A DNA stretch of 22,832 bases. Origin: Candidatus Saccharimonadota bacterium. GTDB lineage: Bacteria; Pseudomonadota; Gammaproteobacteria; Enterobacterales; Enterobacteriaceae. Below are positions 1-7,333 of the stretch, in pieces. A model generated the notes under the pieces. It made no database searches and had not been told where the DNA came from. It saw only the letters and a list, made by a program, of their open reading frames with translations. A program made the position numbers and the translations under genes. Position 1 is the stretch's first letter; every line of letters begins with the position of its first letter. Location: positions 372,330 to 395,161 of the forward strand of contig NZ_CP046218.1 in assembly GCF_012571345.1 (NCBI RefSeq), read 5' to 3'.

Positions 1-1165
1 ACACTGATATTTTAACAGGAGTAATAACATTTTGTCTAGCATAGAATCCTAATGATAAAACTTTAGAAACTATCAAAAATAATAAACTAAACGCATAAAT
101 AATTAAATTATTTTGTGCCATTAAAACATCAAAATAAGTAAATTGGCCATATTGAAATAATGCAATTAATAATGATCTAGATAGAAAACCTAAAATAAGG
201 GAACTAGGCACACTCAACAAAAAACATAGTCTTAATCCTAGATCTATTAATTGATTAAATTCAATTTCATTATTTTGCGTAAAAGCATCTGTTAATGCTG
301 GTAATAGCACTATAGTTAATGCGATACCAAACATACCTACTGGCAATTCCATTAGTCTATCAGCATAATAAATCCATGTAATTGACCCAGTTACTAAAAA
401 AGACGATAATCCCGAATTAATTAATAAAGAAATTTGTGTAGCAGACACGCCAACAATAGCAGTTGCCATCTTTTTAAAAACTCTTATAACACCATGACTA
501 ATAACTGTACATGTTGGTAACACTAACATATTTAATTGTTTAAGATATATGATTTGATATAATACTTGTAATAATCCACCAATTAATACAGACCACGCTA
601 AGACTAATACAGGAGGTTCAAAAATAACGGGGAAAATTAGTATTAACAAAATCATGCTTAAATTGAGTAATATGGGTGTAATTGCTGGAACTAAAAAATT
701 TTTCCAAATATTTAAAACTGAACTTGCTAATGAAGATAAAGATATAAGTAATATATACGGAAATGTAATTTTTAATATTTTTGATGTGAGTGATAATTTA
801 TAATCTGTATTTACAAATCCAGGTGCAATTAATGAAATAATAAAAGAAGAAAAAAAAATACCTAATAACACTACAACAGTTAATATAATTAATAAGATAC
901 CTAATATAGACGATATAAAATGTTTGGTGTCTCGTTCAGTTCTAGTATTTTTATATTCTGCTAATATAGGTGTAAAGGCTTGTGTAAAAGCTCCTTCAGC
1001 AAATATACGTCTTAATAAATTAGGTAATTTAAATGCAATAAAAAATGAATCACTGTATACGCCGGCACCAAAAATTTTAGCAATCAAACTATCTCGAATA
1101 AAACCTAATAATCTAGAAAATAATGTTATAATACTCACGGTAGTCAATGATTTTAACAAATTCAT
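1..1165 (-). CDS. murJ: Lipid II flippase MurJ (MviN), N-terminal ~388 codons; the 3' end runs off the left window edge
   Basis: Not in the ORF track because no stop codon falls inside the window. My minus-strand translation from the ATG at 1165 gives MNLLKSLTTVSIITLFSRLLGFIRDSLIAKIFGAGVYSDSFFIAFKLPNLLRRIFAEGAFTQAFTPILAEYK. This is near-identical in pattern to the E. coli MurJ N-terminus (MNLLKSLAAVSSMTMFSRVLGFARD...KLPNLLRRIFAEGAFSQAF). The frame is still open at position 2, reading ...KVLSLGFYARQNVITPVKISV, which matches E. coli [22 protein letters not shown]. Confidence 0.92.
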   Translation of the reverse strand, partial: MNLLKSLTTVSIITLFSRLLGFIRDSLIAKIFGAGVYSDSFFIAFKLPNLLRRIFAEGAFTQAFTPILAEYKNTRTERDTKHFISSILGILLIILTVVVLLGIFFSSFIISLIAPGFVNTDYKLSLTSKILKITFPYILLISLSSLASSVLNIWKNFLVPAITPILLNLSMILLILIFPVIFEPPVLVLAWSVLIGGLLQVLYQIIYLKQLNMLVLPTCTVISHGVIRVFKKMATAIVGVSATQISLLINSGLSSFLVTGSITWIYYADRLMELPVGMFGIALTIVLLPALTDAFTQNNEIEFNQLIDLGLRLCFLLSVPSSLILGFLSRSLLIALFQYGQFTYFDVLMAQNNLIIYAFSLLFLIVSKVLSLGFYARQNVITPVKISV

Positions 1166-1393
1166 ATTTTTCCTAAATAAAAATAATTTTTTATGTAAAT
1201 AAATTGTTTAATATAAAAATACATAAAATATATTTTTTATATTACTTAATAATAGTTTAAATATTTAAAATATTAAATATAAAATAAATTGTGTAAGATG
1301 ATATCATAAATAATGATAATTGACATAAATATTTTTAAAAACAAAATTTTTATATTTTAAAAACAATATTTTTTTTTTAAAGGGCTATGAACA

Positions 1394-1984
1394 ATGCTTA
1401 TTCAAGAAGTTTCTAGAGCTAAGTTAATAACTAAATGGGGTCCCTTTATTATAGTTGGTTTTGAGGAACTATATAATCATCAAAACCATATCGCGATAAT
1501 TTATGGGATAAAAAATATTACAACTGATACAGTTATATTAACACGTATACATTCAGAATGTTTAACAGGAGATGTATTTTTTAGTTTACGTTGTGATTGT
1601 AGATTGCAATTACAATGTTCGTTACATCAAATTACTAAAGAGAAATGTGGCATATTAATTTATCATAGGCAAGAGGGGAGAAATATAGGTCTTTTAAATA
1701 AAATTAAAGCATATGCTTATCAAGATAAAGGTTTAGATACAGTTATGGCAAATCATAAATTAGGATTTAATGCTGATGAAAGAAATTTTGTTATATGTGC
1801 AGAAATATTAAAAAGTCTAGGAATATATAATATCAAATTATTAACTAATAATTTTCATAAAGTACATAGTTTACAAAAATCAGGAATTAATATTGTATGT
1901 CGTATACCTTTAATTATACATCCTAATAAATATAATTATAAATATTTATATACAAAAAAACATAAAATGGGACATATTTTATAA
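1394..1984 (+). CDS. ribA: GTP cyclohydrolase II (riboflavin biosynthesis), monofunctional
   Basis: 196 aa, the same length as E. coli RibA. It is collinear with it: ...AKL.T.WG.F..VGFEEL..., the zinc-ligand block [45 protein letters not shown], and C-terminal KMGHIL. An AAAGGG Shine-Dalgarno-like motif lies about 10 nt upstream of the ATG. Confidence 0.96.
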   Translation: MLIQEVSRAKLITKWGPFIIVGFEELYNHQNHIAIIYGIKNITTDTVILTRIHSECLTGDVFFSLRCDCRLQLQCSLHQITKEKCGILIYHRQEGRNIGLLNKIKAYAYQDKGLDTVMANHKLGFNADERNFVICAEILKSLGIYNIKLLTNNFHKVHSLQKSGINIVCRIPLIIHPNKYNYKYLYTKKHKMGHIL

Positions 1985-1997
1985 TATGTCCCATTTT
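1964..1997. terminator. Bidirectional rho-independent terminator between convergent ribA and sbcB
   Basis: A perfect 15-bp stem, AAAATGGGACATATT (1964-1978) pairing with AATATGTCCCATTTT (1983-1997), encloses a 4-nt loop TTAT. On the + strand it is followed by TTTTTGTTATTTTG; on the - strand by ATGTTTTTTTG. The left arm encodes the last ribA codons (KMGHIL). The ribA stop (1982-1984) spans the last loop base and the first two bases of the right arm. The sbcB stop is at 2000-2002. Confidence 0.72.
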
Positions 1998-1999
1998 TG

Positions 2000-3436
2000 T
2001 TATTTTGTATTACATATTAAATATGTTTTTATACTGTATAATAATTTATTTAGAAAAAGTTTATGTTCTGTCTTAATGCTAACATGACATAATAAATTAT
2101 GAATTTGTGCAATATAATTATTGATTTGTGTAGATGTATATTTATAAAATAAATATTTGTTCCATTCTGTAATTTCTGTATTATTTAATATACATGTAAA
2201 ATTTCTTGCTTTATATTTTAATAATAAAAAATTAATACGATCATCTATAAAATTAAATATGTTATTTTTGTATATATCTATATTTCTTATTAAATAAAAT
2301 TTTTTTTGATCCTGTATAGGAAAAAATTGTTTATATAATTGTGTATCAACATTATACATATTAGTTGTTTTGTATAAATAATTCTGAGTTGATGCAACAT
2401 TATATAAATATTTTTGGACAATTTTTTTAACTTTACAAACATATTGTTTAAACATAACAAAATGTTTTAAATATAATGTAATATTAAATTTTAAACGTTG
2501 TATATCATTTTTTTTTAAAACTTTTATAGGAATTATGATGGGTGATTTATTTAAATAAATAAATTTGATAAATGGTAGTAAAGTATCTATAATTTTATCA
2601 TGCCAATATATTTTGATAAAAAAATTTACATCATATTGCAAATCAAATACTACTAAAATATTTTTATTATATGGATGTAAACATAATGGTGCTATACATC
2701 CTAAATTATTATTAATATTTTTATAAATTGCACTAATATAAATTAAAGGATGCATTGTAAATAAATTGATTATTTTCAATAATTCTTTTTTTAATCTATT
2801 TTTAAAAAAATAATGAAATAAAAGCGGTTGTTTTTTTTTAATTAATTTAGCTAGAGCAATAGTAGAATATACATCATTTAACGCATCATGTGATTGGGAA
2901 TATAATGATAAATTATTAATTTTTGTTATTGCTGCCAAATTAAATATTGGTATATGATTATGTTTGGGCCAAACTATTCCTTCTGGACGTAACACATAAC
3001 ATGCGCGAGCTAAATTTAATATATCCCAACGACTATTACAATTTTGCCAAGACCAATTATATGCGTCATAAAAATTACGATAAAATAAAAATCTGCTAAA
3101 TTCATCATCAAAAGCGATATTGTTATAACCAACAATACAAGTATTATTCTGTGTAAAAATATTATTGATATATTTAGCAAATTTATATTCTAATAAATAT
3201 TTTTTAAAATAATCATGATAGTTAAAATTATGTATTTTAATAGATTGAAGATTAGGTAAATAATCTGTAGGTATTTGGCAATATAAAGTTTTTGGCTGTA
3301 ATATAACTTCTAAGTTCATGTTAGTGCGCACACAAGAAAATTGTGCAATCCGATCATATAACGGATGTAAACCAAAAGTTTCATAATCATAAAATAAAAA
3401 AGTAGACTGACATTGTGTTTTTTTATATATAACCAT
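2000..3436 (-). CDS. sbcB: Exodeoxyribonuclease I (DEDDh 3'-5' ssDNA exonuclease)
   Basis: The ORF-track frame 2000..3556 is trimmed to the ATG at 3436 (MVIYKKTQCQSTFLFYDYETFG...), which aligns with E. coli SbcB MMNDGKQQSTFLFHDYETFG. This gives 478 aa versus about 475 in E. coli. Exo motifs are present: DYETFG, GYNNIAFDDEF, HDALNDV. The discarded 40-codon extension runs antisense through the tRNA-Ser gene. Confidence 0.94.
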   Translation of the reverse strand: MVIYKKTQCQSTFLFYDYETFGLHPLYDRIAQFSCVRTNMNLEVILQPKTLYCQIPTDYLPNLQSIKIHNFNYHDYFKKYLLEYKFAKYINNIFTQNNTCIVGYNNIAFDDEFSRFLFYRNFYDAYNWSWQNCNSRWDILNLARACYVLRPEGIVWPKHNHIPIFNLAAITKINNLSLYSQSHDALNDVYSTIALAKLIKKKQPLLFHYFFKNRLKKELLKIINLFTMHPLIYISAIYKNINNNLGCIAPLCLHPYNKNILVVFDLQYDVNFFIKIYWHDKIIDTLLPFIKFIYLNKSPIIIPIKVLKKNDIQRLKFNITLYLKHFVMFKQYVCKVKKIVQKYLYNVASTQNYLYKTTNMYNVDTQLYKQFFPIQDQKKFYLIRNIDIYKNNIFNFIDDRINFLLLKYKARNFTCILNNTEITEWNKYLFYKYTSTQINNYIAQIHNLLCHVSIKTEHKLFLNKLLYSIKTYLICNTK

Positions 3437-3480
3437 ATTATCATGCTCTAATAAAATTATTTGAAAATATAGAAAAATAT

Positions 3481-3510
3481 TTGCATTATATAGTGTATTA
3501 TGGATACAAT
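3481..3510 (+). promoter_or_regulatory. Candidate sigma70-type promoter for tRNA-Ser (TTGCAT-N18-TACAAT)
   Basis: TTGCAT lies at 3481-3486 and TACAAT at 3505-3510, with an 18-nt spacer. The predicted start near 3517 would leave a ~10-nt 5' leader before the mature tRNA 5' end at 3527. Such hexamers are common by chance in DNA this AT-rich. Confidence 0.25.
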
Positions 3511-3526
3511 AATAGCTCCATATAAT

Positions 3527-3613
3527 GGTGAGATGGCCGAGTGGTTGAAGGCGCATACCTGGAAAGTATGTATATGCACAAACATATCATGGGTTCGAAT
3601 CCCTTTCTCACCT
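3527..3613 (+). tRNA. tRNA-Ser, anticodon GGA (class II, long variable arm), no encoded 3' CCA
   Basis: The sequence is GGTGAGATGGCCGAGTGGTTGAAGGCGCATACCTGGAAAGTATGTATATGCACAAACATATCATGGGTTCGAATCCCTTTCTCACCT. The 7-bp acceptor stem is GGTGAGA/TCTCACC. The anticodon stem is CATAC/GTATG with loop CTGGAAA (anticodon GGA). The variable-arm hairpin is ATATG-CACAAA-CATAT, and the T-loop is GGTTCGAATCC. It closely parallels E. coli serW/serX. It is a local G+C island in an AT-rich spacer. Confidence 0.94.
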
Positions 3614-3697
3614 GAAATATTTTATTATATTAATATTGTTTATTTTTGTACATAATAAAATATTATTTATGACCCATAATTATTGTGTAAATTAATA

Positions 3698-4255
3698 ATG
3701 TTAAATTTTACTAAAATAATAACAGAATATGGTTATTTAGTAGTTTTTTTAGGATCGCTAATAGAAGGCGAAACATTTATTATTATTGCTGGTCTTTTAG
3801 CAAGTAAACAAATATTACTATTTTACAGAATAGTAATATTAGCTATTTGCGGATCTTTTATTGGAGACCAATTATTATTTTATATAGGACAGAAATATAG
3901 TAAAAAAATTTTATACTTTTTAAAAAAATATAACTTTAACTTTACAAAATACTACAATATTATTCATAATTATCCTTATATATTTATTTTAATTGTAAGA
4001 TTTATATATGGTTTGAGATTAATCGGTCCAATTATTATTGGGATAACCAATGTTTCTAAATTAAAATTTACTTTTTTTAATTTTGTTGGTGCTGTTATTT
4101 GGGCTATGATATTTACTAGTGCAGGATATTTTTTTGGTGGTGTTATTACAACTCTCATAACAGATTTAAATAAAATTATTAAATATATATTTTTTATTAT
4201 CACTGTATTAATTATTATTAAAATAATACATAAATTATATTTACAAAAAAAATAA
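3698..4255 (+). CDS. DedA-family inner-membrane protein (YohD/YabI-like)
   Basis: Translation from the ATG at 3698 gives MLNFTKIITEYGYLVVFLGSLIEGETFIIIAG...GDQLLFYIG...RFIYGLRLIGPIIIG. This parallels E. coli YohD as I recall it (MDLNTLISQYGYAALVIGSLAEGETV...GDQVLY..G...RFMYGFRVIGPTLIG). Length is 185 aa versus about 192 aa. The track start at 3683 is a TTG five codons upstream; the ATG fits the homologue N-terminus better. Confidence 0.82.
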   Translation: MLNFTKIITEYGYLVVFLGSLIEGETFIIIAGLLASKQILLFYRIVILAICGSFIGDQLLFYIGQKYSKKILYFLKKYNFNFTKYYNIIHNYPYIFILIVRFIYGLRLIGPIIIGITNVSKLKFTFFNFVGAVIWAMIFTSAGYFFGGVITTLITDLNKIIKYIFFIITVLIIIKIIHKLYLQKK

Positions 4256-4277
4256 AACAATATTCACATTATATATA

Positions 4278-5765
4278 TTATATATTGAAATCTAATATTT
4301 TATATACAATGTGTATTATACACGTAGGATATATACCGAATAATAGTGTACATATTGTAATCAATATTAATATAATATTTATATAAAAAATGTTATTTTG
4401 TTGTATGTTATAATTTATAACATATAATGTTGATGGTTTTAAATATAAAGTAATAATTATACGTAAATAATAATATAAACTTATAACACTTCCTAATATT
4501 AAAAAAATTACTAAATACCATAGTTTTATATACAGTCCTAATAATATAATATAAAATTTTGCAATGAATCCTATTGTTATGGGCAGCCCTGCTAAAGATA
4601 ATAACATTATTGTTAAAACAAAAGTATATAATGGTTTATACCAAAATAATCCTCTATAATTATAGAGACAATCTTGATCATTAATATTATTAGGATAAGA
4701 ATGTAAATATATAATACTAAATACACCTATATTATTTAATATATAACTAATAACATATATGCTTAATGCAGTTAGCGTTAAAAAAGTATTTTGAGGATAT
4801 TTTATATGATAAATAAATATAATTAACATATAACCTATATGTGCTATTGAAGCATATCCCAATAAACGTTTAATATTATTTTGTTTCATCGCCATTAAAT
4901 TACCAAAAATAATAGATAGTATGGATATACTAAGTAATATGTTCGATATAATAAATTTATTAATTTTTGTTAGATGAAATAATATTAATAGCTTATATAA
5001 ACATATAAGAAAAGTTGATTTACTGAATGTTGATAAAAACATACTAATTAATGACGGCGATCCCTCATAAATATCTGGAGTCCATAAATGGAAAGGTACT
5101 AAAGACAATTTAAATCCTAAACTAAATAATATAAAAGATAGACCAATAATATATAAATGTATATTTTGAGTATTTAACTTATACAATATATAATATTTTA
5201 TATAGATAAAATTTAAAGTGCCACAATCTATATAAATTAGTGCAATACCAAATATGAGAAATGCAGAGGTTATGCTAGATAATATAAGATATTTTATGCT
5301 TGCTTCCAGAGATTTTTTATAACATATGTTATATATAATAAGTCCAACAAAAGGTATGGAAATTAACTCAAAACCTATAAGAAAAACAATAAAATTATTT
5401 GCATAACTATTTATCATGCCTCCTAAAGAAATAATTAATATTAATAAATAAAATTCATCTTTATTATAAGGTAAATTTTTTAACCAAGAAAATACTATTA
5501 AACATGTAATAACACTAATTATCATTAGTATTATGGCATAAAAACAATAAAAATTGTTATATAAAAATAAATTATTATGTAATAATTGTATGTTTGTATA
5601 AAACTGCAAATATATTGAACTTAAAATAGTTGTTATTAAACCCATTACGGTAATCAAACAACTGATAAAAATATTACGTTTAATAATAATATTAATACAT
5701 AAAATAATTATTGTTATTATTAATATAGCGAACGGTATAATAGATATCATAAAATTTATCATCAA
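4278..5765 (-). CDS. nuoN: NADH:quinone oxidoreductase subunit N (antiporter-like)
   Basis: 495 aa, polytopic and hydrophobic. Conserved blocks match E. coli NuoN: KDEFYLL.LI..LGG, SLEASIKY.ILS, GFKLSLVPFHLWTPD.Y.G.P, NIKRLLGY.SI.H.GY, YRGLFW. It is the last gene of the nuo cluster. Alternative starts exist at M2 and M6. Confidence 0.93.
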   Translation of the reverse strand: MMINFMISIIPFAILIITIIILCINIIIKRNIFISCLITVMGLITTILSSIYLQFYTNIQLLHNNLFLYNNFYCFYAIILMIISVITCLIVFSWLKNLPYNKDEFYLLILIISLGGMINSYANNFIVFLIGFELISIPFVGLIIYNICYKKSLEASIKYLILSSITSAFLIFGIALIYIDCGTLNFIYIKYYILYKLNTQNIHLYIIGLSFILFSLGFKLSLVPFHLWTPDIYEGSPSLISMFLSTFSKSTFLICLYKLLILFHLTKINKFIISNILLSISILSIIFGNLMAMKQNNIKRLLGYASIAHIGYMLIIFIYHIKYPQNTFLTLTALSIYVISYILNNIGVFSIIYLHSYPNNINDQDCLYNYRGLFWYKPLYTFVLTIMLLSLAGLPITIGFIAKFYIILLGLYIKLWYLVIFLILGSVISLYYYLRIIITLYLKPSTLYVINYNIQQNNIFYINIILILITICTLLFGIYPTCIIHIVYKILDFNI

Positions 5766-5818
5766 ATATTATTAAATTAGTTAAAATATTATTTTTAAAA
5801 AATATATCTTGTATATTA

Positions 5819-7309
5819 TTAATGAGCATAAATATTATTAATAATATTATAAGAAAGATTTAAAATAGGTTGAGGATAAAAACCTATAATAAGTGTTAAT
5901 GAACATAATATAAACATGATAATTTTTTCTCTTAAAAATATTTTATATATTTTTTTTTGTTGAATTATACATGTTCCAAAAAATATTTTTTGCATCATAT
6001 TTAAAGAATAAATACTTGCAAATAATAGACCTGAAGTTGCTATAGTAACAGCAATTGGATATTTGCCAAAAGCACCTAATAAAATTAAAAATTCTCCTAT
6101 AAAATTCCCTGTGCCCGGAATTCCTAAACTAGCTAAACAAAAAAATAAAAAATAAGCTGGCAAAACACCCATTTTATTCCATAAACCACCCATATATGTG
6201 ATATTACGAGTTTTTAAACGTTCATATATTTGACCACATAAAATAAATTGTGCTGAAGCAGTTATGCCATGAGAGATCATTTGTATAATAATTCCTTGAT
6301 AAGATATTTTATTATGACTATAAATACCTATTAAAATAAATCCCATATGTGCAATAGATGTATAAGCAATAATTCTTTTTATATCAATTTGAACACATGC
6401 CATGCAAGAACCATAAATAATGCCTATTATTCCTAATATAATGGGAAATAGAGCAAAATGTAAGGAAGAATAAGGACATAAAGGCAAAACAAAACGTAAT
6501 AAACCATATGCTGCAGTTTTTAATAATATGCCTGCTAAATCTACAGATCCAGCAGTTGGCGCTTGACTATGCGCATCTGGCAACCATCCATGTAGTGGTA
6601 CAATAGGCATTTTAACAGCAAAAGCAATAAAAAAACATATCATAATTATATATTCCATAAATAATGATTTTGGTGTATATAATAAATCATTATACTCAAA
6701 TGTTAGTTGTCCCGTATTTTGTTGATGTATAATAACTAATAATATAATAGCAATTATTAAAAAAAAACCACCTGTTTGTGTATATATAAAAAATTTTGTT
6801 GCTGCTTTTATACGACTTAAATAATTAATAGCATTATGTCCCCATAAAGATATAAGAAAATACATAGGTATCAACATAATTTCCCAAAATAAAAAAAATA
6901 AAAACATATCTGAAGATAAAAACACACCAATAACACCACTTAAAATCCATAATAAATTTAAATGAAATAAGCCATGTAATTTATTTATTTCATTCCACGA
7001 ACATAATACAGCTACCGTACCTAACAACCCTGTTAACATGGTCATTATTAATGATAATCCATCTAACGACAAATGGAAAAAAATTCCTAAATGCGGCATC
7101 CAAGACCGAATAAAATCATTATCCCATATGTGATACTGGTCATATACAGGAGGATGATAATATGTAAATAATTTTATTAATGTCGTAATAAATACTATAC
7201 TAATAGTAATTAAAGAAAACCAACGTGGACATTTATAATTAATTTTTTCACTTTGCCAACAAATAAATCCACCTAAAAATGGGATCAAGATTAACCAAGG
7301 TAATAACAT
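5819..7309 (-). CDS. nuoM: NADH:quinone oxidoreductase subunit M (antiporter-like)
   Basis: 496 aa. The N-terminus MLLPWLILIPFLGGFICWQSE matches E. coli NuoM MLLPWLILIPFIGGFLCWQTE. Internal blocks PLHGWLPDAH..APTAGSV.LAGILLKT..YGLLRF are conserved. Confidence 0.95.
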   Translation of the reverse strand: MLLPWLILIPFLGGFICWQSEKINYKCPRWFSLITISIVFITTLIKLFTYYHPPVYDQYHIWDNDFIRSWMPHLGIFFHLSLDGLSLIMTMLTGLLGTVAVLCSWNEINKLHGLFHLNLLWILSGVIGVFLSSDMFLFFLFWEIMLIPMYFLISLWGHNAINYLSRIKAATKFFIYTQTGGFFLIIAIILLVIIHQQNTGQLTFEYNDLLYTPKSLFMEYIIMICFFIAFAVKMPIVPLHGWLPDAHSQAPTAGSVDLAGILLKTAAYGLLRFVLPLCPYSSLHFALFPIILGIIGIIYGSCMACVQIDIKRIIAYTSIAHMGFILIGIYSHNKISYQGIIIQMISHGITASAQFILCGQIYERLKTRNITYMGGLWNKMGVLPAYFLFFCLASLGIPGTGNFIGEFLILLGAFGKYPIAVTIATSGLLFASIYSLNMMQKIFFGTCIIQQKKIYKIFLREKIIMFILCSLTLIIGFYPQPILNLSYNIINNIYAH

Positions 7310-7333
7310 AGTATGTCCCTAAAAATATTTATA

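Noticed and set aside
924-1202. 92-aa + strand ORF from the track
   Set aside because: It lies antisense to the 5' end of murJ, whose minus-strand translation matches MurJ almost residue for residue. The product is low-complexity and has no recognisable family. It is a typical shadow ORF in AT-rich DNA.
1298-1307. 10-bp perfect palindrome ATGATATCAT in the murJ-ribA spacer, considered as a possible operator
   Set aside because: By my rough estimate (per-pair complement probability ~0.34), on the order of a hundred 10-bp perfect palindromes are expected by chance in a window of this size and composition.
1320-1325. Consensus TTGACA -35 hexamer upstream of ribA
   Set aside because: No acceptable -10 hexamer lies 16-19 nt downstream; the best is AAAATT. 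I did not call it as a promoter.
1313-1360. 15-codon mini-ORF (MIIDINIFKNKIFIF) upstream of ribA, considered as a possible leader peptide
   Set aside because: It has no ribosome-binding site, no associated attenuator hairpins, and no known leader control for ribA. Such mini-ORFs are expected by chance in AT-rich spacers.
3521-3526. Perfect TATAAT immediately 5' of the tRNA-Ser
   Set aside because: It is flush against the mature 5' end, so a transcript initiated from it would start inside the tRNA. The upstream TTGCAT-N18-TACAAT pair is a better, though still weak, candidate.
3437-3556. 40-codon N-terminal extension of the sbcB ORF
   Set aside because: The extension has no counterpart in SbcB and runs antisense through the tRNA-Ser gene (3527-3613). 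The ATG at 3436 reproduces the E. coli N-terminus.
3683-3697. TTG start for the DedA-family gene
   Set aside because: The ATG five codons downstream aligns better with the homologue N-terminus. This remains a minor uncertainty.
3976-4260. 94-aa - strand ORF
   Set aside because: It is entirely antisense to the DedA-family gene, Ile/Asn/Lys-rich, and has no homology pattern. Shadow ORF.
4256-4277. Looked for a terminator between the convergent DedA-family gene and nuoN
   Set aside because: Only alternating AT sequence with at most a 4-bp stem (TTCA/TGAA) is present. There is nothing comparable to the ribA/sbcB hairpin.
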